From: Tubiluchus corallicola
Lineage: Eukaryota > Animalia > Priapulida
Direction of reading: 5' to 3'
NCBI GenBank assembly: GCA_030141605.1
Contig: JAQGDQ010000045.1
Span: 62,001 to 126,000 of the forward strand
DNA length: 64,000 nucleotides
This document shows, piece by piece, positions 40,260 through 53,300 of this stretch; within the stretch, counting starts at the first letter, position 1; every line of letters begins with the position of its first letter. A program made the position numbers and the translations under genes. The notes below the pieces were generated by a model, which saw only the letters and a program-made list of their open reading frames with translations, was not told the DNA's origin and ran no database searches.

Positions 40260-43200
40260 CTAAAAGACAGTATATAGTAATAAGGCAACTGCAGCCCAGT
40301 CCCGCCATTTTAAAAATGCAAACTCAGTCCTTGTGACCCACCCTGCGGGGAAAAATTTGTAGAATTTCTTCAAACATTGTGTTACCTGGGTGTTACCAGT
40401 GAAGGGCATCTAAATAAGATACTGTCATGTCAGTTGCTTTGACAAGTCTGAAAATTGAAAAGCCTAGACACCAACCAGGTACCTGCAATTTTTTTTGAAG
40501 CTCCCACAAAGTAATCCAAGCATATTTAATGGGGAGTAATTACTGAGAGACGGTAGAATAGACAGGGTTTACTCTTGCCCCATGCAGGGTTATTGTAAGT
40601 ACGGGTCCTCTCCCACGTTACTATGAAAAAAATCTGCTGACTAATAACCCGGGGACACAGCCAGAAAAAGATGCTCAACAAAGTTAACAAAAACTCGTGG
40701 AGATGCCCCTCTGACTGTCTGTTCTCAGGTCAGTAGGGAAAATTATCAAGCAAAGTTTCATTAAAAAGAAAAGTAATGTACTTAGGTGTAAACAAGCTTC
40801 AGAAAATATGGACAGCTATGCTAAACATCTTTTCACACTGACTGCTTTTTAAGTTACTGGAAGACACCTACTTTATAAACAAACTTTTAACACCCCAAAG
40901 GCAATAAATGAGACTATAACTTCGGCCATTTTTAGTTGTACATACATCCTTGACTTTTCTGTCACACGTTGTCGTGGAGCTCAGTGTTTTCACTTTACAT
41001 CGTTATTATTGTATTATTTTAAAATAAAGTGATTTTAACATATTCCAAATTAATGCAAAGTTGACTAATCCAGTAATGACTTAAAAGACAAGTTGCTTGT
41101 GGTGGACAGAGACATCCTACAAAAAACGATAGTGAAACTAAGTTGCACACATGAAAATGAGTGTTATATATGAGTCTTAACAGTTCTATGTAATAGTTAT
41201 ATGTATAAATTGTACCTTCTGAATTAATGTTACATGTTATGTTGATTTTGCACGGAACAACATACTTATACAAACAGAGAAAAATTTATTTCAATTAATT
41301 ATCTGAACTCATAACTGAGCTTTTGATTAGAAAATGTAACAAGGCCCTGATAACTGAAAATTTACTCATCTAGATTAGTCAACCAACGATGACATTCTCC
41401 GAAAAGCTAATACATCTGATGTACAGAAAAAAACAAGGCATTGTTCCAAATTGAGCACCGTTACCGCTTTTACGAAACTATTTCTACACTAAACCATCAC
41501 AAAACTGACAATGCCCCATGTGGAAAAATGCAATTATTTTCCAATAAACACAAAATAATATGTAAATCTTAAAGCCAAGTTTCTAAAAAAACGATGTAAC
41601 AAAAAGATAATGCTCTTTCGTAGCATATACGTTAAATGAATACTTTAATATAACGCACTTACATTATACTGCACATTAAAATTGATAATGCAGTATGTGC
41701 TGACTCCTGTCTACCCAGACCTCAATGGGCATACTAGCATTCTTTCGACTTTCAAATAGAATTAAAATGCTTGCTCACACAATTACCTACACAGTCTGCA
41801 CGTTATGTGTGCCAACGTTGTCCAAAGGAAATACCGAAATATGCCCGGCATGCCACTAAGCTAGAACAGCCAGATTTACCTGGCCAACAAATGACTGCTG
41901 AGGTAGCAGGAGGTCACGAGCTGGGAGTTTTTAGACTACAATACAAAAATTACAGGTAGGTTAACAAGTCTGTCAACAATAAGACCAGCATAGCTGAGCA
42001 GCCTTTTAAACACACACACAGTACGCTAACATTAAAGCAGACTTAGCCAGTGCCAGACACATTCACCTATATAAAACATGCTCATACATCTGGTTCTAAC
42101 AGACATCACTCGGAGGGGTGAAGGGCTGAAGGTTGAAAAATTATGAAAATTTCTAACAGTTTTTACAAAAATTCTTGCCCCTGTTAAGCCTAAAACTTTT
42201 TAGTACCACTCGTTATGGAAATAATATCATAAATTGGTTCATTTTAGATCAATATATCATAGTCAAATAAACAAGCACACTCGCCCACTTTGAAGGAATG
42301 CCCCTTATTGCATGAAATTTCCATTTCCATTGAAAACCAAGACACGTTGAAAAGGTTTTATTAAGAGCTGAAATGGTGAATAGAGTACGATAATAATGGC
42401 CTCTTTCATGGTTACAACTGATGAATACATGAATGACAGAGCCTCATTGTTGAAAATGTCCCAACTTCAATATTATGCACTTTATTTAAGTTTATAATAA
42501 TCTGCAGATAAAAAGGCTACAAAAATTTAACACGGTTACTATGTATACTGCTGTTTAAGCATTATTCTTCAAATGCACAATTAAAGTGAAAAAATATGCA
42601 TAAAGCTTAATTCTCATGTCAGGTTTTCTATGGTAACACCATGATAACTATGACTTGATCTTAGCAGAGCCTTATAATTTATAAAGTCTGCAACCTAAAA
42701 TTACAACAGCTCTAAATCGAGTTCCAGACTTTGAAATGAACTAATGATAAGTCTATATACCTTCTGAAAAACAACTTACAAATTATTCATATAGCCCCAT
42801 GTATTAATTGATAATCCACTAATCCATTTAAAAAATATTACAGCAAACTGTTAAATTTTTACGTATTGTACCAGCCTAAGCATAGAAAAAGCTTTTTAGA
42901 AAGAAATCTAGCTAAAAATTAATTTTGCTATTTCACATATGGCATGATACATGGCAAACAGAAAAATGCATCATGGATTTATTTACAATGCTTAGCATAG
43001 GCCTATCAAGAACAAGATGTTTTACCATACATAGATCTTCAGTTAAGCACTTATAATTTAGCTGAACGATGAATCCAAGTGAGTTCCGATTACTTATGTT
43101 AAATCTTCACTTAAATGTTTCCTCTCCTTCTTCAAGGATCTTACAGGTTACTCATCATAATGATGCTACTTATGGCAAACGCTATTACTATAAGACATCT

Positions 43201-43718
43201 GATTTAAAATGTGGATAACAAACGGATACAGATGTTAAATGGCAATACATCAATACAGAATAAAATTCCACGTGTAAACCTAAAAATGGCTCTTCGATAA
43301 AGCATGTTGAATAGTTCAGGTTATGATGTCTGGCCACAGTATGTGCATGCCACATCTCACCTCGACGTTGACTATTCAACTACTGTATTTTAACTGAACA
43401 CAGATAACAATACTCCACCCCCACAATACCTAGCCTAATGTCAACCCAAACTCTGGCCAAATAAAAATGAAAATTTGAGGGAAACTTCAGATAGAGACTT
43501 TGACAGTTGATGCTTCATGCTGAATTTGCTTGCTCTGAGTTGACCTTTTGCAGTTTTTTCAAGATCATTATTCATCTGGCATGGTTACATTCATTTTCAA
43601 AATAAAACTTTACTTGGGCTGAACAATTTTGCTATATAAACTAGCTGTAATACCTAAACATCACATTTCTTCACCTTTTGAATCAGATTTTTTTACACGA
43701 GAGATGTGATGGCAATGA

Positions 43719-44503
43719 TATTGGAGTGCACCGGATCGAAGCTTGATATCCACATTTGGCCTAATGTCAGGTATCCGTTAGTGGGCTGTAACTGATCAGC
43801 CTTTTATTGAGTAAACAAATAACAGCGACAAGTCACATTATGTCCTATCTTGGAAAACACTGGCAAAACTTGATAAAGTGGCATTATTTTTACAGTAAAT
43901 TCAAATAATGCCACCCTATTACACTTTTGTCAGTGTTATCCATGCAGTGGTTGCAACCTTTTTAGTAATCCTTGTTCAGATCACTTTCGGAAGAAAATGT
44001 TGTAGATCACACATGGTTTTGGGCAAATATGCATGTTGTACATCTTGGGCAAATGTGTATACATTTTTACAAATATTAAATAAAGGTGAGAAACAAAAGT
44101 TTACCTAGAACGAACTTTTCATTGGAATAAGAATTAAATCACTTTTGTTGTTTGGTAGAACCTTAGAATGAATTCACAATTAAAAAGAATTAAAAATGAA
44201 AAAAGCAGATTATTTTATCAGGCTGCATGGACCACCTAGAAAACAGCCATGATAAACTAGTTGCGATTATTATTTTTAATAAAAATTGTTACTCAGAAAA
44301 TTACAAATTATAATCTGCACAGAATCCCTTGGCTTACATTCTGTGGATCCGGAACCATTTAGTATTGAAGATTCAAACCTTTCCAAGACCTTTTTGCACG
44401 ACATACTGCACTATTGCTGTAGTCAAGTGAGACAATTCATTGCAATTTGCTGGCCTCATTTTTAGATTTGGTTTCGGATTCGGACCCATCTGATGCACCC
44501 TTA
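43719..44503. mobile_element. Possible old hAT-like MITE
   Basis: GGAGTGCACCGGAT ... ATCTGATGCACCCTTA imperfect inverted termini; CGGAT/ATCCG subterminal motifs; TSD degenerate. Confidence 0.35.
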
Positions 44504-46085
44504 CTAAATGATAGGAAATGACACTTAGGATTTATATACATAGAAGAAAGTATACTACAAATGGAATAATGGAGTAAGCCATTCTGAAAGAGGATGTATA
44601 AGGAACAACTTTTTTAAAAAAAATGTCAGTTTTCTTGGACTTGTAAGTAGTAAAACTGGATGTGCTTTGGTAGCCTGCAATATGATCTACAGCAACACAT
44701 TCTGCCATAAATTTAATATTAAGCATTTTCTATGTTGTCAGCATAGGGTACATTACATTGTCATTCAACTAGTAAGTTATGTGTAACTCTTGTTAGAAAA
44801 TATATTGTCAGTCTTTCAAAAACAATGAAGCAGAAATCAATTAATTATTAGGAAAAAGATCATTTTAACTGATTAAACAATTTTTTTTATATAAACTATT
44901 CATTTTGACTGAACACCTGATACCCATCAAAATGTTCTTCTTATTTGCTGCAGTTCAAAATTGGTCGCTTATTTATAAAAACTATGCAGAAGACCAAGTT
45001 TTTAATTTGTGTCTGGACTTAAAAACATTAACAGCATAGAAAATATGAAAAGTAGAAAAACACTTACATACGTGATATTTCATACTTGTGTGTCCCAATA
45101 TCTTTACCAATTACTGAGTCATAGACACAGGGCTATTTTTCACATATTTATTGTAAGGAACAACAAGTATAAATTAAATATGTATAACAGCACACTAAAG
45201 CAGCAGCAGAAGACTGAAACAAATTTTCATCATAAATTTACATACAAAAGTGCTTTCTATGATACTTTGAATTATAACTGAAACCAGCGCTGCATAAAAG
45301 TTTTATTATTTTTACAAAGTAATGTTATTTTTTTCTATGATGTTAGAAACAGGCACAGGAGCAGCAATAAACAATTATAACAACAACAACATTCCACAGT
45401 TAATGATAATAATATGCTAAAATAAATCAAATTTTTTACACCGAACTAACGGAAGTTAATTATAGTACCACTTTTATCAATATAAGCAGCACCGGATTTA
45501 CCAATTGGTCAAGTAGGCTTTGACCTAGAGCCCACTGAAACAAATTTGTCATGCAGCATGCCAGCATGTAACCTTGTTTCATATTGGATATTGAAATATA
45601 CTGACATTTCTATAAATTCAGAGACAAATTCATGAGTTTGGCCACTAGTAGATAAATTCGGCCCTGATATACATATACACAGTATATCATTGCCATTAAC
45701 ATCACTATCAAATTTCATCATATATCCCATCACATTGAATCAGTTAATTACTCCTTGCCTTGAAGTGAAAATGATACTTAACAATATGTAATGTTGCCAA
45801 TGTATGGAACAGTATAGCCCATAGTTGGCGTAGAGCCAAAACTTTTTTCTTTCTTAATACTTTGATATGATAGTGTGGAAATTGATAAGAGTAAGCGATT
45901 TTATCTATTGCCTACAGGGGCGTATTAACCAATAGGGTAATTAGGCTATAGCTAGGGTGCCAAAGTTTGAGAGGCATCAAAGTTTAGAAAAAATTCTTAT
46001 TCTCCTCAGAAAACGTGTATACACGTACTTTCATATTCTTGCAAAGGGTGCATTTTATAACACACCACAGGCAGTTACTGAACTC

Positions 46086-46307
46086 CAGGGCCGGAACTAG
46101 GTGTGGCAAGCAGGGGGGGCGCAAAAATTTTCTGGGGGGGGCGAGGTATCCGAAGTGGTTAAATAATGGTTAATTTTTTACCTAATTCTAATTCATATTG
46201 AAAATGATTACATGCGAACTGCAATTATTTGTCCGATTTTTCAGGGGGCGCAAATTTTGATAAGGGGGGCGTGCGCCCCCCTTCGCTCCCCCCTAGTTCC
46301 GCCCCTG
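46086..46307. mobile_element. Non-autonomous hAT-type MITE, 222 bp
   Basis: TIR CAGGGCCGGAACTAGG / CCTAGTTCCGCCCCTG; perfect 8-bp TSD CTGAACTC at 46078-46085 and 46308-46315; GC-rich GGGGCGCA subterminal motifs. Confidence 0.92.
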
Positions 46308-47220
46308 CTGAACTCAGCTTTTATATAAGTGCCACAGAACGAACAAGTGCAAGGTATTCTACATTGTAGAATCTACAACACGTAATTAATAATGACCATG
46401 TACGAAACCAGGTTAATAGAATTTCTAATACACCACAAGTAATTGTTTAATCTGCTCATAATACTTAACATTACATAAACAACCATAACTTTACAACAGA
46501 GATAGGTGGGACAGAACTATCAGCCTAGGTCATCGTAAAATGTTGATATGCTCCTGATCGCCTATATACAATATTCAATACATGTATCAATATTATTAGT
46601 CTATATAAACGATAAAAGAAGAAGCAAGTAGGACAATGGCATCTTGGGCTGGTAAAACTAAATTTAAAGAACTGCGTTTTACTAACTGGAATAGTAAACT
46701 TACTACTAGTAAATTTACTTACTAAGTGAATAAAGATTAAAATTAGGGGCATTCCAGAGACACCTATATAGAAACTTGCTACTTTTAGGTGGACAAATTA
46801 CATAGATTACAAGTTACACAGTTACAAGGATTTAGCAGCAAAAGCCTTTGCCAACAATACACGGTACTAATAGATAAGCACGTGGAGAGCAGCAAAAGGA
46901 AAAATTTGTGGATAGAGCCTAGTAGAGGTGGTCAAAGCAGTGTCTACAAACAATATGCCATTTAATGAATACCATCGAAAGGCGAATGCCCGTTACATTA
47001 TCGCTGACATGTGGCAGGTAGAACTCTAAAATCATGGAAACCTGCCTTCTCAGACGGGTAAATACAACAGTTAGTACAGCATATAGTTGACATTCCTACG
47101 CCAGAAGCTTGTACTTGTAGTAAGACCATTTCGCTTAGAAAAATAAAATTGGAATTTGAAAATAAAAAAACTCGATGGCGGCCGTTAATTTCGCTAAAAA
47201 TCAAATAAAAATAGGCTTAC

Positions 47221-47450
47221 CTATAATATTTTACTGATAACTTCAGTTTTCTCAAGTTTGGCCAGCAAAAATCAATTTTGCAGCTCATTACAGCATTTCC
47301 GAAGAATTAAGTTTAAGACTTTATGTGTACTGTATAACACGTGTTCGATGTTTACTTGTAGGCTGGGTATTCGCATTATACGATACGAGCAGCTAAAGTA
47401 CGAATTCCCTATGTATGGGTACTTCGTCTTACAACAGGCTAGTCACTAAT
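47221..47450 (-). promoter_or_regulatory. Candidate most-upstream first exon / promoter of the minus-strand gene (divergent from SSR1)
   Basis: Donor AG|GTAAGC at 47219-47220; local CpG enrichment; YY1-like GATGGCGGC at ~47174; A/T strand skew flips between here and SSR1. Confidence 0.4.
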
Positions 47451-48149
47451 GTGTCGTCAACCCACAAAACGGTCAGTGTAGTAGCATAATCTTTATTTTG
47501 CATTTTTAAAAACATTGACCATCATAATAAAAAAGACAGACAATCAGTGTTAGTTCACACAAAAACACACTGTTCTGTACAGGCTAAACTATAAGTGCAA
47601 ACTAGAAATTTAAAAATAGAAGATAAACTATAAACAATTAAACACACAATGCACTATGGTAAAACTACACACATTATTTTGTCTCTTCTAATACACACAC
47701 TTTCATGCCTGTGTATATAAAAGGTATAAAACCATGGGATACAAAATGTCACAGTTAAGAAAGTTAATATGTCAACTTTACAGTTCTATGGCTACAGTTT
47801 TGGCCATCGTAATACTGATTTCTGAAGATGCTATATTGTAAAGTTTAAAAATTATAGAAACTTCAGAGGAGAATTGTTATTAATCTTCCAACTATGTTTG
47901 TAGATTGTACAGGCTGTAACACAAGGAGGGACAACCATAACGATATAATTTATTGCAACAGTTGTATTGCTGAGTCAATGGAGAATCTGTCATGCCCGCA
48001 AATATATAATGTGCAAGCCACGTGTAAGAGTCAAGGTAAAGATCAGACCAGATTGAACTCAATGATTTGGAATTCAGAGCATCAAAGCTATCTGCGTGTC
48101 AGAGCTTCCCAAAAGAGCTTCTCCATCAATTTTCAAAAGAAAAGCTTTT

Positions 48150-49900
48150 GAAACATCTGCAAGTTGTGTTGAAGGATCTAGAATTCAACTCTTATCTCTT
48201 CAAGTATGCAATACTGGTCTTCTAGATTGTAGCTTGTGCTTGTACACTAAAATTACGTGCATATGATATAACAAACCCAACACACAAGTCGAATGATTCA
48301 AATCATCCATTAAATTACAGAGGGATTGCTCTGCTGTGTACAAATTGCTCTGTAACATTCTTAATAAGCAGCTTTCTACCTGGGCCAGAGGGAGAGAGAG
48401 AGAGCCTTATAGCTGATGAACAAAATGAATTTAGAAAAGACAGATGTTGTTCCGCCAACATTTCCAGCCTTGTTACAATTGTAGATACTTGGACAAAAAA
48501 TTGAGAAAACCAACTTAGTATACTTTAACATACAAGTTAAAAATAGTAAACCAGTATAAGTACTTGGGTATCACTCTTACCAAAGTTTTAAATTTTACTG
48601 TAACTACAAAAGAAGTATCTTGTCACGCAAATAGAGCACTTGGCGCAATAATTACGAAGTCTGAATGTTTTGGTGAATTACCATTTAGCACTTACACTAA
48701 ACTATTTGATTCTGTTATTGTGCAAATCTTTATGTACGGGACTGCCGTTTGGGATTATTGTAGTTGTTCCCATATTAATGCTTTTTTAATCGTGCATGCA
48801 GTTTTTATACAGGTGTAGCAGACTTAGCTGCAAGTTTTTATTAATCTTCTTATAAAATTCTTATGTACGGGCCTCCATCTGTAGCAGTAATGTAAACATT
48901 TTAGTTTCAAGCTAGCTTTCAGGCAGTTACCTGTCAGTCACAGTCATTTGTCTCTTTACTTGGGCTGTAAACAGATAAGTTGATCCACATTTCTGTGCTG
49001 ATTTTTGGTGCACGTGTTTCAGTGGTATTCACTTCTGTTGGAAACGTTTCTGTCATTATAATGGGGTTGGGAAGTATACATCAAATGCAGTTTTGCATGA
49101 AGGGTTCGATTACCATGTGGCAACGTCAATAGTTTTCAGTACAAGACTTTGGTGTTGAATTTTTATGATGAATTGGACAGATTGTGCTAACGTATTTTCT
49201 TGTGGGGTAATGTAGAGAACAATAAGAAAAACTGGATCTTCAATATTTTGTCATGTTTCAAGGATATTGAAATGTCATATTTACGTAATAATAAGTATGC
49301 ATTTGGTATAGAAAAAAGAGCAAAGCTGGTATCAAAAAGTTAACCGGATGTACACACGTAGAGTTCCTAAGAAGTGTCAAGTATATTGATCAAAATCAAG
49401 TGAATTAGTTAATTTAGATGTGGCGTTGCTTCCATATTATGTTAGAAATAGGAAAGTACACCAATACCATCAAATATTGTGCCATTTTTGTGACCAATTA
49501 GCAGTCAAGTTCGAAAAACGTGTTTTATTGCTTGCCCTCTTTATGATGATATTCATACTTTGTTATTCTAGTGCCCAAGTGCAGAAATCAATCATTTTAG
49601 TCAGTTCAACGGTAACAATAAATTATGTCAAATACTATCAATGTGACATTTGTGTTGTGCCGAAGTGTACCATCTAATGTTGGACAGAATTAAATAAATA
49701 TAACTGACATAATGATATCGTTTGCTTAATTTAAAAACTATTTTTACTTAACATGTAAATTATTTAGTTTTTAATGATTTTTAAAGTGTCTCATAACTCT
49801 GTCGATAGAGTGTCTTTTATTTTACCATGACGGTGTTTACCTGTGTGTGTTATAAAATTATACAAAGTAAAAGGTGACACTATAATAAACTAACTATACT
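48150..49900 (+). mobile_element. Degraded LINE RT remnant just upstream of SSR1
   Basis: ESLIADEQNEFRKDRC (RT motif Q.GFR..R.C) at ~48400; YKYLGITLT...ANRALGAII...YTKLFDSVIVQIFMYGTAVW (RT thumb and downstream region); 3' end aataaactaactatactatac at ~49884-49904. Confidence 0.8.
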
Positions 49901-50059
49901 ATACCATGATAGAGTTTCTGTTGATTAATCAATATTTTAATCTAATGAATTGTTCTGCATTAATACTCTTTCGTAGTCAAAGGGTATCCCGTGGAGTTAC
50001 TTGAAGCGTTTAATGCATGTTAAATTGTTAATTCCAGTATAATTTCAGTGTAATTTTAT

Positions 50060-50244
50060 AATTATTATAAAGATCAGGAAGTATTGAGGTCATAGATGAG
50101 TTTGCACTGTGCAGTGAGCTATTTTCGATCCGTATTATTAATGGCGGATTTTGTGTGTTAGCGTTTGTTGGTGTTTTGTATTTCTGAATCTTAATTTAAT
50201 CGCTTTGTATCTGCAATATTTTTATGCAATCTGGTTAGTTAATC
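50060..50244 (+). promoter_or_regulatory. Probable SSR1 promoter / 5' UTR
   Basis: Immediately upstream of the start codon; CAGGAAGT (ETS-like) at ~50075 and ATGGCGG (YY1-like core) at 50141; the strand becomes T-rich from here on. Confidence 0.5.
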
Positions 50245-50314
50245 ATGCGATTGCGAGCGTTTTTCTTGGTGTGTTTTTTCACTTGTTCTTTCTTACTGCA
50301 GTCATCGTTTACTG
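50245..50314 (+). CDS. SSR1: SSR1 exon 1 (start codon, signal peptide)
   Basis: aatcATG; [23 protein letters not shown]+G; donor GTATGT at 50315; phase 1 matches exon 2. Confidence 0.88.
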
Positions 50315-53300
50315 GTATGTATTTTAGGCTTGTGCACACGTGGAAGTACTTGCTTATTTGTGAGCCACATCATCAAATTTAACAGTTAATATTTTAGTAT
50401 ATAAATAACGTAACTGACAGTAACTAATAAATTAGTTACAAACCTCTGTAATATTTATTGCATTTTTTTATTCTATAAATTATAACGGGTATTTTTGTTA
50501 TAATTAATTAAATTATAATTGACATAATAAATTGTAATTCGCTTAACATGATTTGACTAAACAATATTGCATATTTTTGTTTCATTACATTTCGTTTGAT
50601 TTTATCATGCATATTTTGTTTCCTTCACAGATTCATTATTTATGTTTTATTTTTTTCTTTTGGTTTGACTTTTATCTAGTTTGTTTGATGTTTTAATCGG
50701 TTAGTTAAATGCTTTACGTATTTTGTTAATCATTATTTCATATTTTTCATTTTATTTTCATGCTTTTTTGTTGCATGGCCTGTTTACTTATTTCGCTTTC
50801 AAGTTTAATTTCTTCCCCTGTAAATTTATGTTAACAGTTGACTTTCTTAACCTACTTCATAATTATATTACACCTTTCAATTAGCAGTGCTACAAATTTT
50901 TTTACAATTTACCCTAACCTGAAAAGGGTAGCTGACTTGATGACCAATTCGTCCTTCGCTGATGAGATAAATGATGTAGATAAATAAAATGTCTATGTCT
51001 AGTTATTATGTAAATGATGTTCACGACCTATTTTAGTTTAAATCCATTTCTCCGTTTCTCTGTTTCCGACAAACAGGTTAATGTTTTCGAGTTTATTGGC
51101 TCCCTTATTTAAGTTCTTGTTGCGGCTGTAAGGGCAGTAAGGTATCTGTTTAAAAAGTCTATATTGGATAGCTATATTCAGTGTTGCTAAGGGGTGAACA
51201 AATACCACCTTAAATTAAGTTTGAATCGATTTTTTTCTTTCAAGTTCGAATTGCATGGAATTTCAATATTTTGAAACTGACTCTAATTTGAATTCATCGC
51301 TAAAGATATTATAATAAATTTTGAATCAGCCAAAAAATAGTAATACAAGAATCTCAATTTGGTTAAGAAATATCGAAGACTGTACGAAGTTTACATGTAG
51401 TGTGATGCTATTAAGACCATGATGACTGATTTGTGTAGCTAAAAATACTTTGATGCATTTAGTAAATGTGTCTAGTGTTCTTAAGTGACAATGTCTGAGA
51501 TTAGTTATTTTCAATGCCTTAAGTAATGTGTTTTATTGCACATCTTATGACCCACTAAACTTCAAGAAAAAAATAGGCTGAATTTTCATATTCTTTCCCA
51601 TTTTGAAGTACGGTAAAAAGTACAGTTTATAATAGTGTTGAAGTGTTTCTGATAATTAAATAATAGGTTAAAGAAATTAATAGCTGGCAAGCCCAGCTAG
51701 TGTTAACATCACCACTGACCATAGCTTTCTATAGCATCAACGTTCCACTGGCTCTACAGCAAAAATTGAAATACTGTACAACCTTTATAGTGCGGCACAC
51801 AAAAACTCTGTGAATTTTCAGTTTAAACATTTAGATTTCAAGTTTATGGCTGTGCTCATGCATGTATACTCAAATGTATGCTCTAATTCACTTTAAACCA
51901 CTTCTGAACTGAAAGGTACAGCATCTGTTTTTTTAGCAATGCGTTTCCGAGTTTTGATTAATGCATTTCTGAGATGCAGGTGTTAGTGCCCATCTAACTA
52001 GCGACTAGTGAGTTGCATGTAATGCAAAGAATTAGCAGCTCACAAAGATCATGCATATACCTTTTTCTCTACAGTAAAAAGTAGTAATAATTGTTAAAAA
52101 ATGGTGATTGCATGATAACTTAAATGTTCTAATGACAAAAAGTAAAGTAATTAGATGTTGAATTATTCGAATCAAATTGCAACACCCGAATTTGATGCTT
52201 ACCCCTAATCCTCAATGTTTAGTGTACAACATAACTTAACTGGTGTTGACGTTGCAGTTAGTGAATGCTAGCAATTCTAGGGTGTTCTTGAACCGCGTAA
52301 CGTTGTCCAACTATTTTCGGAGCCTAATCACAATATATTAATGGGTAGTGTACAAAATCATGAAAACGATACAATCACGTACAAAAATTACTCTTGGTTT
52401 TCATAAAAAATGTTTGGACATAAAGAGTCTTGTAATAACTGAAATTCTGTTCGTAATTACCAAAGCACTGAAAAACTTGTAACAAAAATTGGAGAGGTCT
52501 TTCTTCGTTTTTTTTCAAAATGTTCATGAAAATTGATTTTCGATTATAATTATTTTTGAAATTTTGTAATAGAATCCTAAATCCAAATTATTACATTAAT
52601 AAGGCCTTTGCTGGTTCACTGTCTCTTTTTATCTGATTATTCTTGTTTATGAACTGCCTGCTAAATTTTGGTTTCTGCCCAAATAACCAAAATAAACATT
52701 AGGTACTTTTACGGTGGACTATTGAATCCTGCTTTGCAAAGTGCAAAACTATATGAATAAGAAATTATATATGTTGAAGTGCAATGTCAGCTGCTGGTCA
52801 AAAAAATTCTAGCATAGTTGGCTAGACCAAAAACTAGACCAAAGTTTCTGTGGTGGAATAAAAATAACTGAAACAGTTTGGTTGAATGCAGATTCATATT
52901 TTTGAAGTTTAGTTGTGGTTATTCAAATATCTTTGCACCAGAACGTTCTGCCTTTATAGTGTAACGATTCAGAAAATCTTTATTTTTCAACATGCTATGT
53001 CGCAGCTTACAACTTGCAGGAGAAGAAATGGGATTGTGTCTAACTATAGTGCTGTATCTAGCACCTTTGTCACTGCTATATCTAAACAAAATGTTTTCAT
53101 ATTTTTGGATTCCTTAGCACACTTTTATTTTTACTATTGAAACATCAGACTTTTACAAGTCGCCAATTTGGCTAGTAGTGCATATACGTCCTCCATTCGT
53201 TTCTATAAGCAAATGTGAGTATTACAACATTATTTAGAACTTGCTATCAACTCGTCATGCACAATGAGTCGTGAGTTAAAAGTAATGAGATGAGGCAGGG

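Noticed and set aside
40560-40625. Weak inverted similarity to 9403-9455 (GTAACGTG.GAG.G...GTACTTA...ATAACC)
   Set aside because: Too short and degenerate to call a SINE family without a search.
43158-43205. ATGATG...CTGA, possible C/D snoRNA
   Set aside because: Imperfect C box, too short (~45 nt), no terminal stem, and on the strand opposite the inferred host transcript.
45509-45733. 74-aa minus-strand ORF (MMGYMMKFDSD...)
   Set aside because: No convincing flanking splice sites or recognisable motif.
1-47450. Naming the minus-strand gene from vertebrate SSR1 synteny (RREB1, RIOK1)
   Set aside because: No coding exons for either are visible in the window, so synteny alone is not evidence.
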